A DNA stretch of 63,906 nucleotides, counting the filler, from Octopus bimaculoides (Eukaryota), in NCBI RefSeq assembly GCF_001194135.2. It is 6 parts of 6 records of this genome, joined end to end, with 100 filler letters (N's around TTAATTAATTAA, not from the genome) between each part and the next. Parts side by side here need not be neighbours in the genome. Positions count along the whole stretch, not along the records: positions 19,405 to 39,324 come from NC_068999.1; positions 39,425 to 53,112 come from NC_068984.1; 4 more parts are not named here. The stretch is one strand, 5' to 3'. This document shows, one piece after another, positions 37,901 to 51,084 of the stretch. The notes under the pieces were generated by a model. That model was given only the letters and a program-made list of their open reading frames with translations, was not told where the DNA came from and made no database searches. A program made the position numbers and the translations under genes. Numbering within the stretch: the first letter of the stretch is position 1; each line of letters opens with the position of its first letter.

Positions 37901-38176
37901 TTGCATGACAATCTGAAAAGCTAGGATTTTCAAGCAAAAATAGAAATCAGCTGACATGCACTTCAGAGATACAAACTCTAAGTAGAACAGTAAAAATATG
38001 CGAGACTGTCCTAAAGTTTCATATATAACCATTATTGTTGTTGTTATCAATATTCAATAGATGGAACTTTTCTTTCTTTAATAGAAATGAAATGAGCACC
38101 CATCTTCTTGGAAGAATTCTAATTAATCAAAAATAAAATGCATGCATGCATACCTTCATTTTATTTTTAATTAGAG

Positions 38177-38224
<48 letters not shown>

Positions 38225-38400
38225 GAGGACAGTACCATAAAGAAGTATCAATCACTTAACGTGGATGGAACTTATGGAAGAGGGAGACCCAGGAAGATAT
38301 GGGACAAAGTAACAAAGACTGATCTTAAGATGATGAACCTTACAGAGATGACAAGGGATTGAATTGATTGTCAATGTGCTGTGCATGAGAAGACTCATCC
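38225..38400 (+). mobile_element. Decayed RTE ORF2 C-terminus
   Basis: SLNVDGTYGRGRPRKIWDKVTKTDLKMMNLTE..AVHEKTH. Confidence 0.65.
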
Positions 38401-39104
38401 ACCACAGTAGAAACGATATCCAAAGCAAACTTGGTCATGCTTGCATGTGTGGATATCCTGCCTCACTTCTCTCTTGCTCTCTCTCTCTCTGCTCTATCAA
38501 GCATTACCCGTACATCTCATCTCTAAGACTCATCATTTCTCAGTTTATGATACTATTTGGTTGCTGTAATCACCTAAGAACAGGATAAGCATATCTTACA
38601 CCCACTTCCTTCCAATTACCTTCTCCCCACCACTCCAGAACGACTTCCATTCCTCATTATCATTCCTGCACTATTTCCACCAATCACTTCCTTTTTGTAC
38701 CTTCAGAAATTGCTCTCTCTCCTCTGCTGTACTCCATTGTTAACACTTCTCTCAATAATCTCACATATCTAACATATCCCACACAGAGCCACTCCTACAT
38801 CTCTCACCAACACTCACTACGTTCACCCCGATCTCCATCTCTAACGATCTCTCCTCCCACCTTGTATCTTGAGATGCAACCCATCACTACCTCTTTCCAC
38901 TGACCCTAAGATACAGAGTAGCTTTGTATCTCTGTTGCAAGAACCTCTCAACACCTAACACAGAATCATCATTTCTCCTCCCTCTCTCAAATACTAACCC
39001 ACTCCATTTAGTCCAGAAGGCTTTTTCCTATTTTTTCTTTTTCTCCCTCACCTTTTCCTTCTTCCTTTTCTCTTCCTTTCTTGCAAGTTACTTGGCAACC
39101 TCAT

Positions 39105-39293
39105 TAGAGCTGGTGGCACAAGAAAAGCACCTATTACAGTCTGTAAAGTGGTTGGTCTTAGGAATGGCATTCAGCTATAGAAGCAATGCCAAGGCTGACA
39201 TTGCAGCTCAACACAGCTCTACAGTTTGCCTGATCCTGCCAAACCATCCATCCAATGCCAGCCTGGATAATGAATGTTAAATGTTGATGACAA

Positions 39294-39295
<2 letters not shown>
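39105..39295 (+). mobile_element. Decayed RTE 3' UTR fragment
   Basis: GGTGGCACAAGAAAAGCACC..GGCATTCAGCTATAGAAG..CCATCCAATGCCAGCCTGGA..GTTAAATG. Confidence 0.5.
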
Positions 39296-39324
<29 letters not shown>

Positions 39325-39424
39325 NNNNNNNNNNNNNNNNNNNNNNNNNNNNNNNNNNNNNNNNNNNNTTAATTAATTAANNNNNNNNNNNNNNNNNNNN
39401 NNNNNNNNNNNNNNNNNNNNNNNN
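39325..39424. other. Artificial scaffold linker
   Basis: 44N-TTAATTAATTAA-44N. Confidence 0.97.
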
Positions 39425-39574
39425 GTACATACTTACATCTACATGTGTATATATATGCATATCAAGGTACAGGACGTTAGAACAATGAACTACAGACAAC
39501 GGAACGAACACATAGGAAAACGGAAAGCCACTTGGAATATTCCTTCATATATATATATATATATATATATAGTC

Positions 39575-39750
39575 TTCTTTCAGTTTCCGTCTACCAAATC
39601 CACTCACAAGGCTTTGGTCGGCCCGAGGCTATATATATTATATATATATAGGCGCAGGAGTGGCTGTGTGGTAAGTAGCTTGCTTACCAACCACATGGTT
39701 CCGGGTTCATTCCCACAGCGTGGCATCTTGGGCAAATGTCTTCTACTATT
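39575..39750. mobile_element. Two truncated SINE A pieces in opposite orientation
   Basis: 39575-39632 is a reversed body; 39650-39750 is a forward head ending at TCTTCTACTAT. Confidence 0.85.
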
Positions 39751-40050
39751 CTCTTCAAACAGCAAAGCTTCCTTTCCGAGGGCCTAGGTCGGCCAGGACG
39801 AAAATCTGTTGATTCTTTTCCTTGGCTTTTGAATTGCACAATAATTCTATTAACAGTAGCAAGAGGAATTTGAAGATTTTCGGCAAGTTTTCGCTGGCAA
39901 AGACCAGCCTCAGATCGCCCCACAAATTGACCCCTTTCAAAATCTGACAGTTCTGTTGAATTTTTTGTGCGTGGCATGGTTACTCTTCGCAAATGTTTAA
40001 TATAATGACACTTGGAATGAAAAAGAATAATTACATTGTAAATTTTGAAA
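39751..40050 (-). mobile_element. Tc1-like transposon 5' fragment (paired-like HTH)
   Basis: [65 protein letters not shown]. Confidence 0.85.
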
Positions 40051-40194
40051 ATTAAAGGTGTCTATTTACTTCCTGCATACTTCTATATGTGTACACACGC
40101 ATAAACATATATATATTATTAGCGCGCATGTATGTATATTTATCGGTCTCTGTCTCTCTCTCTCTATATATATACACACACACACATACACACA

Positions 40195-40248
<54 letters not shown>

Positions 40249-40826
40249 NNNNNNNNNNNNNNNNNNNNNNNNNNNNNNNNNNNNNNNNNNNNNNNNNNNN
40301 NNNNNNNNNNNNNNNNNNNNNNNNNNNNNNNNNNNNNNNNNNNNNNNNNNNNNNNNNNNNNNNNNNNNNNNNNNNNNNNNNNNNNNNNNNNNNNNNNNNN
40401 NNNNNNNNNNNNNNNNNNNNNNNNNNNNNNNNNNNNNNNNNNNNNNNNNNNNNNNNNNNNNNNNNNNNNNNNNNNNNNNNNNNNNNNNNNNNNNNNNNNN
40501 NNNNNNNNNNNNNNNNNNNNNNNNNNNNNNNNNNNNNNNNNNNNNNNNNNNNNNNNNNNNNNNNNNNNNNNNNNNNNNNNNNNNNNNNNNNNNNNNNNNN
40601 NNNNNNNNNNNNNNNNNNNNNNNNNNNNNNNNNNNNNNNNNNNNNNNNNNNNNNNNNNNNNNNNNNNNNNNNNNNNNNNNNNNNNNNNNNNNNNNNNNNN
40701 NNNNNNNNNNNNNNNNNNNNNNNNNNNNNNNNNNNNNNNNNNNNNNNNNNNNNNAAGAGAATAGTAGAAGACATTTGCCCAAGTATCTATCCAGTATAAA
40801 GTAGTTGGGTTCAGCATATTATCCTC

Positions 40827-40886
<60 letters not shown>

Positions 40887-40904
40887 CTATACTCGTGCTT
40901 TTTT

Positions 40905-41055
40905 TCAGTTTCTGTTTTGAAAACTCAATCACAAGGCTTTGGTCGGTCCGAGACTATAGTAGAAGACAGTTGCTTAAGGTACCACACAGTGGGATTGAAC
41001 CCGGAACTACGTCACTGGCAAGCAAACTTCTTGCCACCCAACTACGCCTGCGTCT
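40905..41055 (-). mobile_element. SINE family A head/body
   Basis: CACAAGGCTTTGGTCGGTCCGAGACTATAGTAGAAGAC..GGGATTGAACCCGGAAC..CTACGCCTGCGTC. Confidence 0.8.
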
Positions 41056-41455
41056 AATTACGTGGAGCGTCAACGAAGGATAGCTAAAGTTCTAGTAATC
41101 TGGAGGCAACGTTACGGTTTCCATTCCACTTAGAAGCTAATAGCTCTTGTACCTTCGAGTAAAATATTACTCGGGAAAGGTATGAACAACAAGACCAACT
41201 GAATTTCTTGACCCAGATAACTAGGCTGTTACACTTCGATATTGTATACCTAACTGAAACAACATTTTCCTTAAACAGCTCGTGGTAACTGGGGTGACTG
41301 GTACAAAAAAAAATTGCAAAACGGTATAAAGAACTAAAAATATAGGGTGAAAGACAATAACACCAAAGACATCAATATATAAGCCAAACAAACGACAGAC
41401 ATGTTTCAGACAGATACAACAACAAAGAAAGCAATAAACAACAGCAAGAACAGCG

Positions 41456-41486
<31 letters not shown>

Positions 41487-41773
41487 AAGCAACAACTGCA
41501 ACAGACAAAAAGGGCTAAAACCACGCCCTTCACAGACGCCCGTTGATATCTTTTGATATCGTGATGTAGATGAAGGGCAGAGAAAGGGCGGAGAAAGCCG
41601 ATTATTTACATATAATATATTTGGAAATATTTTAGGTCCCCTAGAAAAAAAGAGATGGAAGATGATGATGACGATGACGATGATGATGACGATGGAGACG
41701 ACGAATATATGATGATACGATAATGATGATGATATTATGGTGACCTTGTTTTTTACTATTTTTTAACTTCATA

Positions 41774-41806
<33 letters not shown>

Positions 41807-42942
41807 GTATATATATATATATATATTGAGTCTATAAAAAATTTTATAAGGCTGGGTATTTGCTGTCGTGTGTATAAATTATTGCAAAAGTTTCGCGATA
41901 TATAATTTATTTGAGAAGTAGAGAAAGGCGATATTTTATTTAAGAGGTACACGAATTTTAAGAACGGGGCGCCACTGTCTACGTTGAACTATGTCATTTA
42001 AAGAAAGTGAACGAAATGAACATGTGTCGTCTGAAGGGGTCGCCCTTGTAGGAAATACAAACTGACGTTTTGACGTGGTATATTGTAAGGAAATTGAGAC
42101 CGTTGAAGTATCTTTGAATATTTGTTCTTTCCATTGGCGTTTGGCAAAGTCAGTTGACGATTTTCCTTCGCAATAAAATCTTATTATAGCAAAGAGAAAT
42201 CCTTGTTTCATAGTCTCTATTTGACGCTAAATATAGTTAAGTTAGAATTTGGGAATTCTTAACATAACTAAAGACCTTTTGCTCTACGTAGTTTGGTGTA
42301 GACCAAAAACGAGGCGGTTGGTTACTTTTCATAATCTCATTTGCTCTTGTTAGGGAATCTAGCAAAAATTTTTAAGGAAGTTTGCTTCTGATAGGACCCT
42401 ATGGAAGAGGTGCCTGAGGTTTCTACCCCCACGACCCTCCCATGAATGGTTGGCGGAGAAAATGGGTGGATGTATGGAGTACTTTCGTTGTGTCTTTGCC
42501 ATCCCGGTTATAGCCCTTGAAGGCAGCGCTCCAGTATGGCCGCAATCAAATGACTGAAACAAGTAAAAGAATAAAAGTATATAGTGACAGATGGTGGGGA
42601 GAAACACATCAAAGCTGCATCACCAAACCTCGTCAGGCAGAACAAGAACCTCAGACATAGTAACAACAACAAATTAGAAAGAAATGGCAGTTAAAACTAA
42701 ATAGCAGCTATAACAGAAGCAACAAAAATACCCTTCTCTACTGAAACGAATATAAACCATTATCAATAGCAAGCTATAAATCTCCGATACGGCCTCCCAG
42801 CACTGACCGTCAGAATGTCATAAATTGCCGCTAGCAAACGCCATGTTGCATCCCACTTGCAGAAGAATTACCAGTGCAGTGTTACAGGTTATCAGATCGA
42901 GGCGGGAACTGTTAGATGATTGCAGGAGAGTGTGCATGTATC

Positions 42943-42991
<49 letters not shown>

Positions 42992-43429
42992 NNNNNNNNN
43001 NNNNNNNNNNNNNNNNNNNNNNNNNNNNNNNNNNNNNNNNNNNNNNNNNNNNNNNNNNNNNNNNNNNNNNNNNNNNNNNNNNNNNNNNNNNNNNNNNNNN
43101 NNNNNNNNNNNNNNNNNNNNNNNNNNNNNNNNNNNNNNNNNNNNNNNNNNNNNNNNNNNNNNNNNNNNNNNNNNNNNNNNNNNNNNNNNNNNNNNNNNNN
43201 NNNNNNNNNNNNNNNNNNNNNNNNNNNNNNNNNNNNNNNNNNNNNNNNNNNNNNNNNNNNNNNNNNNNNNNNNNNNNNNNNNNNNNNNNNNNNNNNNNNN
43301 NNNNNNNNNNNNNNNNNNNNNNNNNNNNNNNNNNNNNNNNNNNNNNNNNNNNNNNNNNNNNNNNNNNNNNNNNNNNNNNNNNNNNNNNNNNNNNNNNNNN
43401 NNNNNNNNNNNNNNNNNNNNNNNNNNNNN

Positions 43430-43482
<53 letters not shown>

Positions 43483-43611
43483 AGAATTAGCACATAAATG
43501 TGAGACAAGGTTGAAAAAATAGTCCTCGAATACCAGAGGTACAGTAATATGCTTTATTAAAAAGCAGCAAAAATATCAGCAAAACTGTTTTGTCGCTTGA
43601 CATTTTAAACT

Positions 43612-44060
43612 TTGAATGAATTCGGCACTGCCAAATCTAATCTGAGGAACTGCAGTTCCATGGATGAGATTTGCTGTCCGTTGGAAGGAGAATGTCTTGA
43701 AAAAGGTATTGCTTATAGAGCCAAAGTGCAAGTAGATGACTCGCAAGAATATAAAACATATACAGGGGCTTCAGAAAATTCATTTAAGACTCAATTCTAT
43801 TCCCACCGAAATTCTTTCCGATACACCGAGAACAGGATAGCGACTGGTCTTGGAAAGCATGTCTGGGAATTGAAAGAGAATGACACCCGTCCTTTCAATG
43901 TAACCTGGAAAATTTTAGAAAACACGTCAGCATACAGACATACAGCTTATAAAAGACCTATGAAATGTAACCCTTGCCTCTCAGAAAAAAGTTATTTATC
44001 CTGTTCCAGGATAAAAATGCTTTGAACCAGACACGCGAGCTCTTAAATTCCTGCAGGCAC
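43612..44060 (+). mobile_element. Penelope-like element GIY-YIG endonuclease C-terminal fragment
   Basis: CCPLEGECLEKGIAYRAKV..YTGASENSFKTQFYSHRNSF..LGKHVWELKE..VTWKILE..KCNPCLSEK. Confidence 0.88.
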
Positions 44061-44679
44061 GCCGCAAAGTTTAAAACGTCTATCGACAAAATACCGTATG
44101 GGTAAAATGTTTTGACTTTCGAAATATGTTTTTTTTTTACCGTCGCATTTGAAATTGACTTCACACCGTACAATTATTTTGCATCGCAACGCTAGTGAAT
44201 ATTTCGACTTCATTTTAAAGAAAGCCTTTGACTGTTTTACAAATTTAAGCTTAGGCTTCGCCGAGGTTTATTTTTAATTGTTTACTCGCGTATTTGATAA
44301 TATTATATCAAATTAATGTACAATTTCCTTATTTTTACATTTGAATATTATATATACCGGACAGTTTTTAAATTGTTTACGCATGTATGCTATGATGTAG
44401 ATATGTCTCTATATATTTATGTGCATGTATGTAATGTAGGTATGTATATGTATGTATATGCATGTATGTGTGTGTGCGTATACATATGTGTGTATATGTG
44501 TATATATATGTGTGTGTTTATATATGTTCTCTATGTGGACCGCTTGTTTGTTGTACCTTGTTTATCATTTTGTCCATGTTCTTTTGCAACGTCATGTACC
44601 CAGATATGTATCTATATGTACATGTAGATGAAGGTATGTACATACATGTACATATATATGCATATACTCATATATTGTT

Positions 44680-44714
<35 letters not shown>

Positions 44715-44719
44715 GCGTG

Positions 44720-44768
<49 letters not shown>

Positions 44769-45121
44769 NNNNNNNNNNNNNNNNNNNNNNNNNNNNNNNN
44801 NNNNNNNNNNNNNNNNNNNNNNNNNNNNNNNNNNNNNNNNNNNNNNNNNNNNNNNNNNNNNNNNNNNNNNNNNNNNNNNNNNNNNNNNNNNNNNNNNNNN
44901 NNNNNNNNNNNNNNNNNNNNNNNNNNNNNNNNNNNNNNNNNNNNNNNNNNNNNNNNNNNNNNNNNNNNNNNNNNNNNNNNNNNNNNNNNNNNNNNNNNNN
45001 NNNNNNNNNNNNNNNNNNNNNNNNNNNNNNNNNNNNNNNNNNNNNNNNNNNNNNNNNNNNNNNNNNNNNNNNNNNNNNNNNNNNNNNTATATATATATAT
45101 ATATATGTATATATATGCGTG

Positions 45122-45176
<55 letters not shown>

Positions 45177-45449
45177 TTGTGTGTATGTGTGTGTGTGTGT
45201 GTTTACATAAATGTCCGCGCGTATGTGTTTATGCGTAACTCAGTGTGTGTGTGTGGGTGTGTGTGTGTGTGTGTGTGTGTGAGTGTGTGCTCGCTTGCAA
45301 CTATGATCGAAACAGCCGTTCCAATCTAAATTATAAATAATTAATTGAACAAGAACTGAATGAAAGAAAAGAAAACGAGAGAAAACAAAAAAGACTGATT
45401 TAGTAGTTAGCTTTGACACTTCAATAGTAATACAGGCGAGATGTCCTGG

Positions 45450-46260
45450 TTTGTATGTTTATGTATGTCAGTCTGTGAATGTCAGTGTGTACATGTATAC
45501 ATATATATACGTGTCAACGTGTATATGTGTGTATATATGTGTCAACTTGCATGTTTGTATTAGTGTGTGCGTGTGTGGGTTAGCGTGTGTGTATGTGTGT
45601 GTTAGCGTGTCTATGCTAGTTTGTGTGTGTGTGTATGTGTTAACGTGAATGCGTGTTAGCGAGTGTGCATGGGTATGTGTGTGTGTGTGTTAGCATGAAT
45701 GTGTGCTAGCGTGTGTGTGTGTGTGTGTATGTATGCGTATCATTGTGTGTGTTAGTGTGAATGTATGTTAGCGTGTGTGCATGTGTGGGTGTGTGTTAGC
45801 GTGAATGTGTGTTAGCATTTATACATGTTTGTGTTTATGTGTTAGCGTGTGTGTATTGGTATTTGTGTGTTAGTGTGTTTTTGTGTGTGCGCCAGCGTGA
45901 GTGTGTGTGTGTATGTGTGTGTGTGTGTGTGCGTGTGTGTGTGTGTGTGTATGTGTGTGTCTGTGTGTTAGTGAATGTGCATGTGCGTGTGCGTGTGCAT
46001 ATGTGTGTGTGTTAGCGTGTGTGCATGTGTGTTTGAGTGTTTGTGTGTGTGTTTTGTGTGTGTTAACGTGAATGTGTGAGAGCGTGTGCGCACGTATTTT
46101 TTGTTTGTGTGCACATTTATGTGTATGTGTGTTAGCCTGAGTATGTTTTAGCGTATGCGCATGTGTGTTTGTGCGTGTGTGTGTGTGTTTGTGCGTGTGT
46201 AGGTTATCATGAATGTGCGTTTGTGTGTTTGTTAGAGAGAGAGCGAGAAAGTGTGCGAGT
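45450..46260 (+). repeat. Degenerate (GT)-derived minisatellite with recurring GTTAGCGTG(AATG) motif
   Basis: About 15 GTTA(G/A)(C/T)GTG-type motifs embedded in imperfect (GT)n. Confidence 0.75.
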
Positions 46261-46275
46261 GAGTTTGTTATGGTA

Positions 46276-47130
46276 CAGGGTGCTCGGGCAATATTTGACG
46301 ACTTATTTTCTCTCTTCTTTTTAAATTTTATTTTAGGAACAACTTTGATGTATTGGTGAACACTCAACAGCATTGGAGAGCATAAGGATTAATGTTGCAG
46401 TCGAGAAAAAGCTGACATGGAGGACTAAAAGACATCTGAATATTGGAAAAGCGTTAAGTGTATCATAAGGATTCCCGCCGGGTATCAAAACGCCGACATT
46501 ATAACTGCGGCTCAGTACTGTGTGAACACTGCAAAGGCTGTAAGACGTGACATGAGCAGCTACAGCGGAGCCTATGGTGTTCTGACTGCGTCTGCGAGCC
46601 GGGATTCATCTAACAAACGCAGGGACAGGGTCTTATACTTAATTGAGACGGCTATGTGAAGCTGTTAGAAACTGTCCTTAAACCCTGTCTGGAGAGGGTT
46701 GCTGTTGGAATAGGATTATGCTTCTTCCGAAAAATCAGGAGGGGTTATTGGAGAATTACTACTATTTCACCAGCACCAGTTTCTGGCCTCCCAATTCTCT
46801 CAGTTGCAACCCCAAGGATTATTATGTCTATGAGCGGTTGAGAAAGTTAACAACCGCTCTGGCTGCAACACCTAGGCTGAGCTGGTGGCCAAGGACAAGG
46901 AGGTGTTCGAAGATCTTCCTTTAGTTACAGTGAGGAACGCATGCACCAGGTTCCGGAACCGTCTTGATGCCGTGGTAGAAGCTTATGGCAGCTACTTTGA
47001 GTAACCTGTTATCGCTCAGCCATAATATAGTTGATAGTATTTTACTTTTTAAAATACTTCTATTTTTCGACGAGGTATTGTATTTTCTTTTCCTTTTATG
47101 CAAACAGTCAAATTTAAGACCAACACCCTG
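46276..47130 (+). mobile_element. Internally deleted, decayed maT-like (DD37D) transposon
   Basis: YVKLLETVLKPCLERV..FWPPNSLSCNPKDYYVYE..RFRNRLDAVVEAYGSYFE*. Ends TA-CAGGGTG (46276) and CACCCTG (47130), with partial TIR similarity. Confidence 0.75.
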
Positions 47131-47714
47131 TTTATCTGTATCGATGCTTGCATGGGTGCTTCGGTGTGTATATGTGTTTGTATGGAAATTTTCGAACAAC
47201 ATTCTTTGCATTGATGTTTATGATAACAAGGAATTCTCAACATTTATTCCAGGGGAGCTTGTTTTCGAATGGCAATTTATATATTTATGTATATTTTTCA
47301 CCCTCAGGTGATCAAGCAAGCTTATTATTAGAGTGTTCGAACTATGATCATCCAAACTTATTACCATACAATGCTTCCAGAACTGCATTCTCCTGTGTCT
47401 ATTTTCTTCTAAGACAGTAGTGTTTTTACTTAATAGGATATAGTTGCTATTTCTAACGTCTACGCTGGCCACGCAGAGCCTTTTTTCTTAGTATTTTTCT
47501 TTGCATGCATTTTGTATTAGGAGTCACGGAAAAAAAAGTAGAGAAACGTTGGAATCTATTCAGAATCCGACAACTCTCTTTTTGTTGTAGTTGTTTCGAG
47601 TGGTGAGCAATTCAAGTAGGAGATTATCTAAATTTATTCTTTGGAAATTCCATGTTGAAAAACATTGCTTACTGCTTACTTAACATCAGAAGGTCTAGTC
47701 TGTGTTGTCGTGTG

Positions 47715-48100
47715 GTTGCTTCTGAGCCTCAATGACCCTGAGAGATATGCCAGCGGAGTGCAAGCTCCCCGGAAGGGCTTCTCATACTGGACAGATCAAA
47801 AGACTGAAGCCATGCTGATATGGGCCACAACTTCTTTGTAAAGCCTCCGCTCTTGACTAAAAAATAAAATAAGAATCAGATTTGAAGAATCATCGATGAC
47901 AGTTCAAAACAAACAAGATTTGAGAGAAGAAAGCTTTACCACAAGAAAACATGACGCTGTACAGCAAAATCTGGAATGAAACTGCGAGGAAAGAGCAAGG
48001 AATCAACTGGAGCGAAGCTGAAAAGAACCCAAATTTGAGAACAGCGGAGAAATGTTGTCGATGGCCTATGCTCCAAATGGAACAAAGAGCTTAAGTAAGA
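47715..48100 (+). mobile_element. RTE-type element: 5' UTR joined to ORF2 3' end
   Basis: CCTCAATGACCCTGAGAGATATGCCAGCGGAGTGCAAGCTCC resembles an RTE/Expander 5' UTR (recalled similarity). Followed within ~300 bp by ..EQRRNVVDGLCSKWNKELK* and a TAAG tail. Confidence 0.5.
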
Positions 48101-48900
48101 ATACTTTGCCTGTGAGGCTGGAAACATAAATGACCTCGTTTCATTATCTTCACTAAAATCTCCATCATCCTATTTAAGTTTCGCCGTTTCCTCTTCAAAA
48201 GAGAATAAGTAAACTCTTGAACTCGCAACTAAAGTTACCTCTATATAAGACACCAAAGCTTTACAATTAAGCCACAGAGATATCTATGACTTATAATCTA
48301 TATGATAATATATTATTAAATAGAGGTATTATTTCTCTTACGTTTATTTATGCGCGTGTTTTTTTTTTATGTCTGCTCCTTATTTAAAAATTATTTATTA
48401 GTTTAATTATAACCATAAAATTGTTCGTACGAGGATTTATTTTAGCTTTCTTGGGTTTACTTGAACCGAGTAAAAGAATGAGAAATTAAACAAAAATTCT
48501 AAAAGGTGATATTTTGAAATGCAGAATTAAAACAGCTGCAGAGTATTTCATTTCTTAATCTTGGATAATTCCAATTTCCGAGATGATGAATATTTTAATC
48601 TGTAGGATGAAAGTAAAGAAGCTGAAATCTTTCAGCAGCCGACATTTCGGCAACAAAAATGGTTGTTATATCTATTATAAATGTCCCAGCTTCCTGCACA
48701 TTTACACTCCCACACACACTCACACACACGCACATACGCATATACACACACATACAAACAGACACATGCACATACACGCACATACACAAGCACATACACA
48801 CGCATACACAAGCACATAGACATAAACGTATTTGTCAATATACACATGCAGTCATACACACCTATGTATATGTGTGGGCATATATGCGTGTATGTGTGTG

Positions 48901-48943
<43 letters not shown>

Positions 48944-49489
48944 ACGTACATACACACATACACAAACACACACGCACGCACACACACGCGCACGCACGCG
49001 CACATATACACACATGTAAACAAGTATTTCTATGCAAAAATATTACTCTTGTACATAGCAATTAGCAGAGGGCTCAATAAATATGATAAAATATTAGGTT
49101 TATTGTAATAATATTAGGAGATATATGAATATAGACAAAATAAAAAAAAGAGTGGGAGTTACTGTCATGAAAGAATTGTGTGTTGTTTGTCGAGGAGATT
49201 AGGAGATAGAGCAAAGAAGGGGTGATGAGAGAAAGGAAGATATGCGAAGACTGTGTATACGAAAGAATTACCGTCCAAATATGTGAGCAGTACAATTATA
49301 TAGGTCATACTTAACATTTGAAGTTGAGGGTAATGCAGCAGAAGCCATGGATCTTTTAGTCATGAACGCTTTTATCGATATTGTTAATGCGAAATCGTTG
49401 TAGATCATCAGAAACTCCGAAACCTAGTATTTTTCTACAAGTTACGAGTTTTCGCCGTTTACCACACGCGGGAAAAGCCAAAGGTGCAA

Positions 49490-49650
49490 GATTTAGGATA
49501 GCAATTCGTTCAAGTTCCACTGAGGTCGATTTTACCTTTCATTCTTTCGTGATCAATAAAATAAGTATCAGCTGAACGTTTGGGTCGATATAATCGAGTT
49601 AACCACTTCGTTGAAACTGCTGGCATTGTGCCAATATTTGAAATCAATAT
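49490..49650 (+). mobile_element. SINE family B (diverged)
   Basis: GTTCAAGTTCCACTGAGGTCGATTTACCTTTCAT..AAAATAAGTATCAG..GGGTCGATATAATCGA..GGCATTGTGCC. Confidence 0.7.
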
Positions 49651-50544
49651 TTTGTTTTCTTTCGCAATTTTCTGAATTCACAGATCCAGTATTTAAGTTT
49701 TTTTCAAATTTCATATCAATATTCTGTTAACGGCATTAGGAAAATAATAAAAATAGTATAATCCCTTTTCCCCGTATTGTAAAAACATGAGGATTGTACA
49801 AAAGGAAACACAACATTCTACCATACAAACCAATGTAAGGAAGGGTGCAATGATTATTGGCCTCAATTTTTATTATCACTTATGAATAGGCATAGATGGT
49901 TTTTAATAATATCCTTTAAACAGACCCGTCGTTGATACCCTTAAAAATTCTCCACCCCGAACAGAAATACAAATACAAACATACCCAGCATCCTTTAAAA
50001 ACACACACAACATAGAAATTAAAAAGAAAGGGCTTCATCAACTCAAATGAAAAAATAGGGCTATCTTATCAGTAGGGTGAATTATGCGAACCCCAAAACT
50101 CACTATTATGATTTAATATGAAGGAGAACGAAAGAGGGTGGGAAGAACTACTGAAGGCAGAAGGAGAAAGTGAAGAAGGGTGTAGTGGGGATGGGGGTGG
50201 CGCAAACTGAAGAAGCACGGGCTGTAATCTTAAGTGGAAGATAAGTACGAGTGAAGCTCTTAATAAGTAGCAGCAACAACAATAATTGCAAAATTCTGTT
50301 GTTTTTATCAGAGGCGTGAAACCTTCGGATTTTTGGTAGGGATCAAAAGAAACGGGGAAATTGTGACGATTATAGAATTTCTCAAGGGTATTGCATTTAA
50401 GGTGTATATGAAGTAAAAGTTTCCCAGCCGGGAATCGAAAGCGGTTCGTGCGTACGGTTCGCTGAAAATAGCATCTAATTTACAGCACCAGGTGCTCACA
50501 AATACAAAAATAATAATAATAACAACAGTAACAATAACAATTAT

Positions 50545-50680
50545 TATAATGATTTCAAATTTTGACACGAGGCCAGCAAGTTCGGGGGTGGGGTTAAGTC
50601 TATTACATCGGCCCTAGTGCTCAACTGGTATTTATCTAATCGATCCCTAAAGGATGAAAGAAAGGCAAAGTCAACATCAG
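50545..50680 (-). mobile_element. SINE family B 3' half
   Basis: CACGAGGCCAGCAAG..ATTACATCGGCCCTAGTGCTCAACTGGTA..AAGGATGAAAG..GGCAAAGTCAAC. Confidence 0.7.
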
Positions 50681-51084
50681 AGAAAGAATTGAATCGCAAT
50701 TGTTTCATAGATTGCGCCACGATATTGCATTACTCACCACTGAAAAAACATTCAGTCCATCACAATCATAAATTGAATGAATTGTTTCAATTATAAGCGT
50801 TCTGCAGAGAATGTTGGTTAGCAATTGGCAGCCAGCAATTAAGGATCTTTACAAACCATAAACTAAACGCAATGAAAATAATAGCAACAATAAAAAAAAA
50901 AACTTCGGGGACTTACGTTTTTAAGCTTGTTTTAAATTAATCTAAAAGTCAGGCATCTTGGAAGAGTTTGATCTAGACTTATGATCACGAGAACGCAAGT
51001 ATAATCTCACTGGGTTTTATCCAGATATGAATAAGTCAGGCCCATGATTGTTTCATTTAAGTTATTTATGTATTATTACAGAAT

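Noticed and set aside
41500-42211. GC-box-like motifs (CCACGCCC, GGGCGG) and a 91-aa minus ORF as promoter/first exon
   Set aside because: Two short motifs and an unrecognised ORF are within chance expectation.
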